Below the pieces are notes generated by a model. That model made no database searches, had not been told where the DNA came from, and saw nothing but the letters and a program-made list of their open reading frames with translations. DNA of 59,113 bases, from IMG/VR virus record IMGVR_UViG_3300031578_000036, positions 1 to 59,113 of that record; one strand, written 5' to 3'. Of the stretch, positions 44,776 through 53,468 are shown one piece after another (within the stretch, counting starts at the first letter, position 1; the number at the start of each line of letters is the position of its first letter). Origin of the DNA: a virus (Duplodnaviria > Caudoviricetes). The position numbers and the translations under genes are program-made.

Positions 44776-45305
44776 GCGATCTCCGGCAGATCCACCCGGC
44801 AGCGGTCCCGTAGCGCGTTCACACGGGACACCCAGGCCAGGAGGAAGACACGGGACGCGGGGCGCCCCAGACAGATGCGCTCGTAATAGTCCAGGCGTTC
44901 CCACAACATCCGCCCTACTAAGGTGGGCAATGGCAGGGCAGCGACGGCGGCCAACGTCTGCGGCCCGACATTGCCGTCCGCAGGAACGCCCACGGCGCGC
45001 TGTAGGATCTTCGCTGCACCCGCGAGCCCGTGGTTCACGCTGGCGTCGAAGTGGCACAGACTGACGGGCCACGGCAGGGCCTCGCATTTGGCCGGGAGCC
45101 AATAATTGTGGTGGTAGATCAACTCCACCTCGGCGTCCGTGATGGTCCACACGTCGCGGGCGGGCTTCCCGTTGGCCCCGAGCCAGGCGTTGAACACGGC
45201 CTGGGTGATGCCCTTCATGGTGCGCCCGCCGGGATCGGCCGGGTTATCTGCGCCGCCGCCCTCGAATCTCAGGGTGACGGGCAATGCCTGATAGAAGCCG
45301 CTCAT
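44772..45305 (-). CDS. Endolysin, glycoside hydrolase family 108
   Basis: FEGG..DNPADPGGRTMKGIT, YW, FDASVNHG, LQRAVG..ADG.VGPQT and W..RV motifs. Confidence 0.92.
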   Translation of the reverse strand: MSGFYQALPVTLRFEGGGADNPADPGGRTMKGITQAVFNAWLGANGKPARDVWTITDAEVELIYHHNYWLPAKCEALPWPVSLCHFDASVNHGLAGAAKILQRAVGVPADGNVGPQTLAAVAALPLPTLVGRMLWERLDYYERICLGRPASRVFLLAWVSRVNALRDRCRVDLPEIA

Positions 45306-45634
45306 GGTTCCACCTGGGCAGAACCCATCGGAATCTCGGGATCGTCCACGGCGCGGGTGTTTATCATGCGATCCGCGAAGATCGTCCCCGCCTCGCCGGG
45401 CTTGCCGAACATCCCCGTGACGGCCCGGACCACCGCCTCGGCCGGGGCCTTGCTTAGCGCGCCGTCAATCGGGAGCGCGAACAGGACGCAGAAGACGATG
45501 AAGGCTTCGGCCCAATTCGCTGCACCTATGGGGGAGTGCGCGAGTCGCCACACCTCGGCGAGCGTGAACAGCGCCACGGTCCACCGCGTCGTGGACCACC
45601 ACGGCCAGCGCATCTTCTGGCGGCGCTCGGTCAT
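45302..45634 (-). CDS. Putative holin
   Basis: Two hydrophobic segments; immediately upstream of the endolysin. Confidence 0.5.
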   Translation of the reverse strand: MTERRQKMRWPWWSTTRWTVALFTLAEVWRLAHSPIGAANWAEAFIVFCVLFALPIDGALSKAPAEAVVRAVTGMFGKPGEAGTIFADRMINTRAVDDPEIPMGSAQVEP

Positions 45635-45709
45635 GGCCCGCGCCTGCCGTGTACTCGTGTGGTGCGCCGTTCTCTCTGCATGGCGTCCCCCCGTTGCCAG
45701 ATGGCTTCT

Positions 45710-45738
45710 ATTCTACGGGCGATTACCGATTCGGGCAA
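45710..45738 (-). promoter_or_regulatory. Sigma70-like promoter upstream of the lysis cassette
   Basis: TTGCCC-N17-TAGAAT. Confidence 0.6.
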
Positions 45739-45864
45739 GTGCATCATGCAAGAAAACGCGCCCTCGGCTCATCACAATCCCAGCACGAAGCGAACGATCT
45801 GCCGCAGTCCTTCGTCCGTCCGCCACAACTCCGTCAGCACCGCGAATAGCGCCGAGAACATGTG

Positions 45865-46020
45865 TTAGTTGTCCCGGCTATCCGGCTCGTCGCCACCGCC
45901 ACCGCCACCGCCACCTGGATGGCTGGAGGTGAACGGCTTCCGCTGAAGTAACTTGACGATGACCGACCCAGCGATCACCAACGTGACCGCGGCGATCAGA
46001 ATCCCAATCCACTTGCTCAT
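45865..46020 (-). CDS. Small single-TM protein with poly-Gly tail
   Basis: MSKWIGILIAAVTLVIAGSVIVKLL; GGAGG RBS. Confidence 0.5.
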   Translation of the reverse strand: MSKWIGILIAAVTLVIAGSVIVKLLQRKPFTSSHPGGGGGGGGDEPDSRDN

Positions 46021-47006
46021 GATGCCTCCTGTGTGAGTGCGTGCAATTCTTCCCGCTGGCGGCACGGCACCGCTCCGCGGATCAGGACCGCGCCAGCCGC
46101 CTTGACCTCTTCCAGGTATCGGTGCGAGGCGTAGCGTGGGTTCACATGGTTCTCGATTGCGTAGGGTTCCTGGTGGATGTAGTCGCCCTTGTGAAACAGC
46201 CGTTCCCGGTCCCGGGCCGTGACCCCGGCGTTGTGGTAGATGGCGCGCTCGTCCCAACGTTCAGCCAGGTCGGTGGCCCAGGTGAACGCCAGCTCGGGAG
46301 CGATTGCCGTCTTGTGTCCCGCACGCCAGGCGCCCCAGAGCATGGCCCACATGTCGGCCGTGAAGACCTGAATCTCGTGATACTTCTCCGGCGTCGCAGG
46401 ATCGGCCTTGATCTCCCTCGTGCGGCGGCGGAGATAGGCGTACAGCGTCTCGCTGTCCTCGTACATGCGCCGCCACCAATCCGCATCAATACCCTTCATC
46501 ACGTATTGAGCGCCTCCGGCTCCGGCGTCATTGGCCTCCGGCACGCCCGGGTCGAGCCCCATCAGCTCGCACATCCCCTCGTACAGCCCATGACCCTTGC
46601 TCCGCAAGTAATCCACCCCGATATAGCTGCGGCAATCGCTGACGTGCCATGTTTTTCCCTCGGCCAGATGATCCCAGGCCGGAGGCCGCGTGAGCACAAT
46701 ATCGCAGTCATGATAGAACACAGTCGCCCCCTCCAGCTCCGGGAAGCCCTCCCAGTGCTGGGCCAGCACATAAGGCCGGATCGACAAGGCGTACACGGGA
46801 TTCGTCCGCCGGTCGTGGTAGAAGGCGAACCGCACGCCAGGGTAGGTGCGCAGCACGGCGCGCCACGAAGGGGGCACGCAGCGCGTCACCGCGCCCACCA
46901 CGTGGATCGACCCAGGCTCAACGCCATTGCGGAGGAAGCTCCGCAGCATGGTAGCCACCTGCCAAGCGTAATAGTTCGTGACAGGTTGGGCGCAGAGGTA
47001 GATCAT
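46017..47006 (-). CDS. Glycosyltransferase-like protein (GT-A; resembles peptidyl O-glycosyltransferases)
   Basis: YYAWQ, DxD motif FYHDCDIV, GGAQY, ADMWA, IYH. Confidence 0.65.
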   Translation of the reverse strand: MIYLCAQPVTNYYAWQVATMLRSFLRNGVEPGSIHVVGAVTRCVPPSWRAVLRTYPGVRFAFYHDRRTNPVYALSIRPYVLAQHWEGFPELEGATVFYHDCDIVLTRPPAWDHLAEGKTWHVSDCRSYIGVDYLRSKGHGLYEGMCELMGLDPGVPEANDAGAGGAQYVMKGIDADWWRRMYEDSETLYAYLRRRTREIKADPATPEKYHEIQVFTADMWAMLWGAWRAGHKTAIAPELAFTWATDLAERWDERAIYHNAGVTARDRERLFHKGDYIHQEPYAIENHVNPRYASHRYLEEVKAAGAVLIRGAVPCRQREELHALTQEAS

Positions 47007-47704
47007 CAGCCAGCTCCCCTAGCTAACGCCGCATCCCGGAGGGTGGGGAGGAAGCTCACGTCACCCGGCTCGATTGACGCTCCATTGCCCGTATCCTGGT
47101 GCGCCGCTTTCCATGCCGCGACCCGCTGCGAGAGAGACGCCTTGCCACCCAGTGACCCGGACGCATGGTGCATCCCGAATCCCCAAGTGTAGACATAGGA
47201 GAAGCGTTCAGGCCCCACATCCTCATCGACGATGCGGAGATTAGCCAGGAGGGGCCCGTGCTCGTCTCCCTGCCCAATCCGGTACCCTACACGACGCACA
47301 GCCGCTGTCCGGAAAAGGACGGAAGCCTCGAAGGCGTTTCCCGCTGCCTCTAGGTATCCCTTTCCGCCGTGCAAAAACCACGACCTTGACGGCTTCCATC
47401 CGTCCGCCTCACCAATTCGGGCCATCGCCTGGGAAAGATGCCAGGGGAACCAGAAGTCATCGTCGTCCCAGGTATGGACGAAATCACCGCGTGCCTCCTC
47501 CAAGACCCGAATCCGGCCCGCGCCGAGGTCGTCGTGCCACGGTTCGTTGAGGATCTTCACGCCCTGCATCGTCGTCCTGAGTGGTTCTGGGTGCGTGTTC
47601 AAAATCACCCACTCACGGTCAGCGTAATCCTGCCATGCCCAACAGGCAGCGGCCTGGCAGAGTTGCTTGTAGCGCCCGTGGGTGACGGTGAGGCAAGAGA
47701 TCAT
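47006..47704 (-). CDS. Glycosyltransferase family 2
   Basis: ISCLTVTHGR...QDY...EWVILN...ARGDFVHTWDDDD. Confidence 0.85.
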   Translation of the reverse strand: MISCLTVTHGRYKQLCQAAACWAWQDYADREWVILNTHPEPLRTTMQGVKILNEPWHDDLGAGRIRVLEEARGDFVHTWDDDDFWFPWHLSQAMARIGEADGWKPSRSWFLHGGKGYLEAAGNAFEASVLFRTAAVRRVGYRIGQGDEHGPLLANLRIVDEDVGPERFSYVYTWGFGMHHASGSLGGKASLSQRVAAWKAAHQDTGNGASIEPGDVSFLPTLRDAALARGAG

Positions 47705-48294
47705 ATTACGGCCCTCCGTTGCAAAAGTACCTGGGCTTCGATGTGGTGAAGGGCCCTGAATCCACGGCCCAGCAGGAACGGGATCGTCCTCCTTCCCTTA
47801 CCGCTCCAGTCCCGATCGAACACGTCGTCGATCAGCACCAGCGCACCCGGGCTGAGCTTCGGGAGGGCGGCTTCGGCTTCGGCTAGGTTGTGGGCGTGAC
47901 ACCGGGCCACGTTATCAGGATCTCCGCAGTAGTCGTAGCTGTCGAGATAGAGCAAGTCGATCTGTCCACCGAAAGCCCGCAGGAAAGCCACACTGTCAGC
48001 CGTCACGAGATGGACCTGCAAGCCGGGATTGGGATAGTAGGTGGCCCGGAGCAGTTGGGCGCAGCGTGTGGCTGCGGGGTCCACATCCACCGAATAGAGG
48101 GTTGATCCGGTCTCTTGACAGAAGCCCAGCCAGTGATAGGTGGACCATCCGTCACCGAGGCGGGAGTCTCCCTCCAGACTCCGGACGGAACCCGTCTCCA
48201 CAATCGTCACCGCCCCCCCAGGGAATGTGCTCCGCAGGCTGTCCAACGTCGCCGCGAAAGACTTAGCCCTGCCGGTTTCGATCATCATCAGCAC
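47701..48294 (-). CDS. SAM-dependent methyltransferase (Methyltransf_24-like)
   Basis: IVETGS, SVD, DSV.FL, IDLLYLDS and LSPGALVLIDD motifs. Confidence 0.85.
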   Translation of the reverse strand: MLMMIETGRAKSFAATLDSLRSTFPGGAVTIVETGSVRSLEGDSRLGDGWSTYHWLGFCQETGSTLYSVDVDPAATRCAQLLRATYYPNPGLQVHLVTADSVAFLRAFGGQIDLLYLDSYDYCGDPDNVARCHAHNLAEAEAALPKLSPGALVLIDDVFDRDWSGKGRRTIPFLLGRGFRALHHIEAQVLLQRRAVI

Positions 48295-49343
48295 GCTCCC
48301 GTGTCAACGATCTGCCCGGCCGAAACCTGATACCAAGTTACCGCGTCAGAATAGAAGCCATTGTTGGCAGCCTGCGCGCAGATGGCGTTGAAGTACACCA
48401 GGCTCCCAATCCCCAGGATCGCGTCAGGGCTGTAGAGGTTCTGGCTGGGGACTTCCTCGCAAGCGATCACGGCGGATACCCCCTCGCTGAAGATTCCATG
48501 GTCATAGCAGGGTGCAGCCGTGGTGGTTGTCGTCGTAGTCGTTGTAGTCGGTGGTGCCGTCGTGGTCGTGGTTGTCGTGGTGGTAGTCGGCGGCGTGCAC
48601 GCTTCCGTCGCGACGATCTCGCCGCCGGAGACCTGGTACCAGTCCACGCCGTCAGAGTAGAAGCCATTGCCGGCGGCTTGCGCGCAGCCGGAGTCAAAGT
48701 ACACCAAGCTCCCGATGCCGAGTATGGCGTCCGGGCTATAGAGGTTCTGGCTGGGAATTTCCTCGCAGGCGATAGAGGCGGTGACGCCTTCGCTGAAGAC
48801 TCCGTGATCGTAGCAAGGCGCCGCAGTCGTTGTTGTGGTTGTTGTAGTCGTAGTCGTCGTCGGCGCAGCCGTTGTCGTCGTTGTCGTCGGCGCAGCCGTC
48901 GTCGTGGTGGTCGTCTCGCCCGCACACGTTCCGGTAGCGGCGATCTGCCCGGCTGAGACCTGGTACCAGTCCACGCCGTCAGAGTAGTAGCCGTTGCCCG
49001 CAGCCTGGGCGCAAGTGGAGTTGAAGTAGACCAGGCTGCCGATCCCGAGTATCGCATCCGGGCTGTACAAGTGCTGAGACGGGATCTCCTCGCAGGCGAT
49101 CAGGGCGGTCACGCCCTCGCTGAAGACGCCGTGGTCATAGCAGGGGGCCGCTGTCGTGGTGGTTGTAGTTGTAGTCGTTGTAGTTGTTGTGGTCGTGGTC
49201 GTCTTCTGGAAGATCAGCCGGTTTCCACCCGCGCTACCGGCCCACAACTCGGTCAACTCGACGTTGCCGCCTGCGGTCCCGACATGGATCTCCGTGAGCT
49301 GCTTGTTCCCGCCAGCCGTGCCGACGTGCGTCTCAATGGCCAT
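48288..49343 (-). CDS. Mucin-like tail-fibre-associated protein: three Cys-rich domains separated by poly-Thr linkers
   Basis: Three copies of APCYDHG.FSEGV...YSDxVxWYQVS.G.I.....C; long Thr runs; TGATG-coupled to the large tail protein. Confidence 0.75.
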   Translation of the reverse strand: MAIETHVGTAGGNKQLTEIHVGTAGGNVELTELWAGSAGGNRLIFQKTTTTTTTTTTTTTTTTTAAPCYDHGVFSEGVTALIACEEIPSQHLYSPDAILGIGSLVYFNSTCAQAAGNGYYSDGVDWYQVSAGQIAATGTCAGETTTTTTAAPTTTTTTAAPTTTTTTTTTTTTAAPCYDHGVFSEGVTASIACEEIPSQNLYSPDAILGIGSLVYFDSGCAQAAGNGFYSDGVDWYQVSGGEIVATEACTPPTTTTTTTTTTAPPTTTTTTTTTTAAPCYDHGIFSEGVSAVIACEEVPSQNLYSPDAILGIGSLVYFNAICAQAANNGFYSDAVTWYQVSAGQIVDTGAC

Positions 49344-52300
49344 CAACTATGCCGCCCGTAGAGGGCGCCCACGGCGAGCGCGCCAGGGGCGGCGGTGCTG
49401 AGTGTGAGGTTCAATTTCACGCGCGGTTGGTTGCCGGTAGATTTATCCCTGAGCAGGCCCGTGCCGATCACCAGTATCGTGCCGAGCATGCCGCCGCCCG
49501 TCGAGTCGGTACGAATCGGAACGAGCAGGTTGCCGCCCCAGCTCATCGGGGGGCCAGCATCTCCGGGGCCAACCGCGCCGCCGGTTGCGTTATACGGGGT
49601 GACTGTTGCGCCGGTGACCCCATAGGACAATGCGAAGAGGATGTTGCCCTCTGGGCTGGCGATGTTTGTGTTCCCGCTGCCGCTGCCCGTGGAACCATCC
49701 GTCCATGTGTAATGCAGGCTCTTTACGGCGCTACTCGCTGCCTGGTACTGGAGCCTGTTTGTCATCACGGCGGCCCCCAACACCCACTGCACCACGGGCT
49801 CGACCCAGATGCTCTTGAGCGTGTTCCGGCCTATACCCATCGTTAGCGCGTCGTAAAACGCCGTGCTGCTCTCCGTGCCGGTTCCGCCCGTGCTGCTGTA
49901 GCCCAGCAGCCCGATGTACCACATCTCCCCGTCGGTTGCGGTAGCCAGGCCCGTGCTCACCCCACCGCGCCCGTTTTTGGCTGCCGCTGCGCGGATCGTG
50001 GCAAGCGCCGGATTGCCTGCGGAGCTTACGGCGATCTTGGCGCTACGCGTATCCTTGTCGCCCTGCCAGGTGACGTTGAGCTTGCCGCCGGTGGAGAAGC
50101 TGCCCCACGCGGCCACGTCGGGGATCTTGCCCTTGTCGAAGCCGGGGCTCGACAGGTTGACGGGGAATCCGGTCGAGTCGTTCGTGTCGTAGAGCAATCG
50201 CCATTCGACGAAGCTCTGATGCTTCTCTATCAGCGTCACTTCTTGCGCGTAAGTGCTGTTGTTCGTCAACGTGCCCGCGGCGCGCGAGCCCTTTAGCGCC
50301 CACGCGCTCGGCGCCGCCGTCCCGCTCTTGTACCGAGCGTACAGCTTTTTGGCCTGCCAAGTGCTCGGGTCGATCACTTTGACGCCGTGTGTTGCCACCA
50401 CTAAGCCTTCCGAGCTGTTCGTCTCCAGGAGGCACGGCACGCGCTCGCCCCGCATGTCCGCGGCTAGGAGCATGGCGCCGTGATTCGTGTAGTCCGTGCT
50501 GGCACTAGGATAGGCGGCGGCGAGCAAGCGCATGACCTGGCCGACCTTCACCGTCCCCGCTGCCGTTGCCCAGGAGAGCGTGCTGGATCCGGCCAGCGCG
50601 CGTTTGCGACCGTTCGCCGTCGAGGCCGTGGCGAGCGCGATCTCTGCAGGCCAGAGCAGGCCAGCGGACGGCAGGCCCGATATCCACGCCACGCGCACGT
50701 GCGTCGCGTCCGCGTCCGCGCGCACGGCGATCTTGGCGGACCCGTCCACCTCATTGACCTTGAGGCCCACGGTGAGCATGTCGGTCAGCGGCGAGGCGTC
50801 CACGTAGGTCAGGAACCGATCACTGAGCGAGCCCCGGTTGTCCACGCTCCAAGCTTCCAGCGCACGCAGGCTCTTACCCGTGGGCCGGGGCACGATGACG
50901 TTGACGCTGTAGCCGCTTTCCTTCCAGCCGGTCAGGGGGTAGCGTGTGTTGCCCGTGGAGGCCAGCGTGCTCAGGTATTGCGTGCCGAACATGGTAACCA
51001 GCGCGCCGTCCGTGCGGGCCGTCATCTTGAATGTTACACCCGTGCTTGACGTGCTCGCCGCCGTGGATTTCGCGACCTCAATAGTAGGGCGCCGGAACTG
51101 GCTGCCCCAATTGCGCGTGCGCCGCCGGCCACGCCGACCCGGCACGCCCAGCCCGCTCAGGTCCTCGGGCCGGTTGGACAGCACCACGGAAGTCTCGCCC
51201 GGGTTGTCCAGGTTGCGCCGGATCTCCAGCACGCGGGTCTCGATGTCGAAGCCCATCTCGGGATCCGTCACCACGACCATGCCGCCGAGCTTCAACTGGT
51301 CCAGCGACAGTTCCGGGTGCATCCGCTCGAGGTCCGCCATACTGACTTCGAAGCTGACATACGGCCAGGAGTAGGTGACGAGGTAGTCGTTCGCCTCGCG
51401 CCATAGCAGGTTGCTCGCCCGCGAGTCATAGAACAACTCGGCGCCTGCGGCCGTCTGCGTGAGCTGGCCAGCGTCCAGGTACCATTCGGCGCCGCCCGTG
51501 CTGTAGGCCGTCACCCGGACCCGCACGCCCGTACTGGCCACCTGGAAGAAGTCCACCCCGGCAATCGCCAGGTTCTCCACCCACACGTCGCGCACGCTGG
51601 TGATCGCGGGCTCTGCGCCGTCTGGCGGATAGAGGCCGCCCTGCGTGCTGCTCACGTCCACCAGTTCCATCTTGACCGTGCCGCTCTTGACCAGCAGCGC
51701 GATCTGCCCGGTGAAATACGGGCCCTGGCTGGACGGCTCGATACCGACCACCGCGCTCTCCACGCCAAGCCCGGAGGTAAGCGCCGTCAGGTGTAGGCTC
51801 TGCGTACCGTAGCGCGTGTAGATGCTCGCCGTCTCGGCTGACGAGGCCGGGGCGCCCACGAGTGTCCAGCCTGCGGGCTCGCCGCCCGTGCTCAGCGCGC
51901 CGCCCAGGTACGGGTTGGTGAGCAGGTTGTCCACGGGCGGGATGTCCTCCCGGTCGTAGACCTGTACCACCATGCCGTAGGTTGCGACGTTGGCCGGATG
52001 CTGGAGGTAGACCAGATCCGCGCCGGCCGCGCTGCCCCGGAAATGGACACGCTCGCCGACCGTGATCCCGTGGGCCGCCGCGCTCAGGACCACCGTATAG
52101 CCTGTGCTGCTGTCCACGATGGGGGTGACGGTACCGCCCGGTTCCTCAAGCCACAGGCCGTTGAACTGGTCGGGGATGCGTACCGGCGGGCCGTCCACCG
52201 TGCTGATTGTGACCGTCTTGCTGCTCACGCCCGAGACCAGCCAGGAGGCGTCAGCGATGCTCATCCGGTCGCCCTGGTCGCCGCCCCCGCGCGGGTACAC

Positions 52301-53005
52301 GCGGGTGGCCATGTTCGTGCGCGCGTCCGAGTCGCGACCCAAGCCCAACATGTTGAAGCTGTACCGGATGTAGACGGGATCGAATGTGGAGCCGATGCGC
52401 GTGGACAGCGATACCGTATAAGTCGGTGCCGTGCTGTCGCGCTGCACGTCCAGTTCGAGGCCCGTCTGCGTGGCGATCTCGGACAGCGCGGAGAGTGGGT
52501 TGTCCCAATCGTACACGATGTCGAGCGGTTCCAGCGTCAGGCCGCCCGTGCTGCCCACGGTACCGAGCGTGAAGTGCGCCGGGGCCGCCGTCATGGCTAC
52601 AGCCGCGTGCGCCGCCGGGGCCAGGTTGTACAACTCGAAGTACGGATTGACGTCGCCGTTGGCTTCGGTGCGTGTCACCATGCCCTGGGAGAGATCGTAG
52701 CGGATGCCCTCGCACTCGACCGTGGCGCGCAGTCCGTCCGGGCCCCGGCTCTGCGTGGTGCGGACGATGCGCCATTCCTTCCAGGTGCCGTCCCTGAATA
52801 CGACGCGCAGCACGCGGCGCTCCAGGATGCTCGGCCACGACGCACCAAGCCGGTGCAGCTCGAAACGGGCGGTGTCCTTGCCGTCCAGCGTCACGTCGTC
52901 CGTCGCGCTCAGCCAATCATTGACGATGGCCATGCGTGAGGCGGCAGTAGATGACGCCTGGCAGTCCGTCCAGATTTCGATGTGCTCGATGACGCGGGCT
53001 GCCAC
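49343..53005 (-). CDS. Large tail tip / baseplate hub (Tal-like) protein with carbohydrate-binding-like and fibre regions
   Basis: N-terminal prophage-tail pattern (ATRVYPRGG, LKLGGMVVVTDPEMG..TRVLEIRR), NLLTNP CBM-like segment, 1220 aa, downstream of the Dit-like gene. Confidence 0.75.
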   Translation of the reverse strand: MAARVIEHIEIWTDCQASSTAASRMAIVNDWLSATDDVTLDGKDTARFELHRLGASWPSILERRVLRVVFRDGTWKEWRIVRTTQSRGPDGLRATVECEGIRYDLSQGMVTRTEANGDVNPYFELYNLAPAAHAAVAMTAAPAHFTLGTVGSTGGLTLEPLDIVYDWDNPLSALSEIATQTGLELDVQRDSTAPTYTVSLSTRIGSTFDPVYIRYSFNMLGLGRDSDARTNMATRVYPRGGGDQGDRMSIADASWLVSGVSSKTVTISTVDGPPVRIPDQFNGLWLEEPGGTVTPIVDSSTGYTVVLSAAAHGITVGERVHFRGSAAGADLVYLQHPANVATYGMVVQVYDREDIPPVDNLLTNPYLGGALSTGGEPAGWTLVGAPASSAETASIYTRYGTQSLHLTALTSGLGVESAVVGIEPSSQGPYFTGQIALLVKSGTVKMELVDVSSTQGGLYPPDGAEPAITSVRDVWVENLAIAGVDFFQVASTGVRVRVTAYSTGGAEWYLDAGQLTQTAAGAELFYDSRASNLLWREANDYLVTYSWPYVSFEVSMADLERMHPELSLDQLKLGGMVVVTDPEMGFDIETRVLEIRRNLDNPGETSVVLSNRPEDLSGLGVPGRRGRRRTRNWGSQFRRPTIEVAKSTAASTSSTGVTFKMTARTDGALVTMFGTQYLSTLASTGNTRYPLTGWKESGYSVNVIVPRPTGKSLRALEAWSVDNRGSLSDRFLTYVDASPLTDMLTVGLKVNEVDGSAKIAVRADADATHVRVAWISGLPSAGLLWPAEIALATASTANGRKRALAGSSTLSWATAAGTVKVGQVMRLLAAAYPSASTDYTNHGAMLLAADMRGERVPCLLETNSSEGLVVATHGVKVIDPSTWQAKKLYARYKSGTAAPSAWALKGSRAAGTLTNNSTYAQEVTLIEKHQSFVEWRLLYDTNDSTGFPVNLSSPGFDKGKIPDVAAWGSFSTGGKLNVTWQGDKDTRSAKIAVSSAGNPALATIRAAAAKNGRGGVSTGLATATDGEMWYIGLLGYSSTGGTGTESSTAFYDALTMGIGRNTLKSIWVEPVVQWVLGAAVMTNRLQYQAASSAVKSLHYTWTDGSTGSGSGNTNIASPEGNILFALSYGVTGATVTPYNATGGAVGPGDAGPPMSWGGNLLVPIRTDSTGGGMLGTILVIGTGLLRDKSTGNQPRVKLNLTLSTAAPGALAVGALYGRHS

Positions 53006-53009
53006 GGGC

Positions 53010-53468
53010 CTACTCCCTGCTCAGTTCGCGCTGCTCCAGGGCAAGCTCCCGCTCCCCGAACGCGATGGGCACCAGAAGCTCGCGCAGCTTCGGCGGCTTG
53101 CCGCTCACGCCGCCCGGCTTGTCCTTCAGCTTGCCGCGGCGCATGACCTTGCGGGGCACCGTGGGCTTCAGCGTCTCGCCATCCTTCAGCGTGACAGCCT
53201 CCACGGGCTCGTCCTCCTCCCACTCAGCGTCGAATACCTTGCCGCGCTCCGTGGTCGTCAGGGCCTTGGCGCACGCCCGCCACGAACCGGCCACGAGGGT
53301 TGCGCCCATCGCCTCCAGTTCCGGGTGCGGGTTGCGCGCGCTGTAGAGATAGAGCCATTTCGTGCCCCGGCTGATCTCCACCACGTCCCCGAACGGGGCG
53401 GGCCGTCCGTCCACCTCGGGCGGATAGGTGGCGAGCGTGATGTCGAGCTTGTAGAGTCCGCGTCCCAT
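53010..53468 (-). CDS. Hypothetical tail-region protein
   Basis: TAATG-coupled; GGAGGAG RBS. Confidence 0.55.
   Translation of the reverse strand: MGRGLYKLDITLATYPPEVDGRPAPFGDVVEISRGTKWLYLYSARNPHPELEAMGATLVAGSWRACAKALTTTERGKVFDAEWEEDEPVEAVTLKDGETLKPTVPRKVMRRGKLKDKPGGVSGKPPKLRELLVPIAFGERELALEQRELSRE

Noticed and set aside
48520-49205. GTN trinucleotide microsatellites as phase-variation tracts
   Set aside because: Mixed ACN codons encode in-frame poly-Thr linkers, so this is a protein-level feature, and slippage would not shift the frame.
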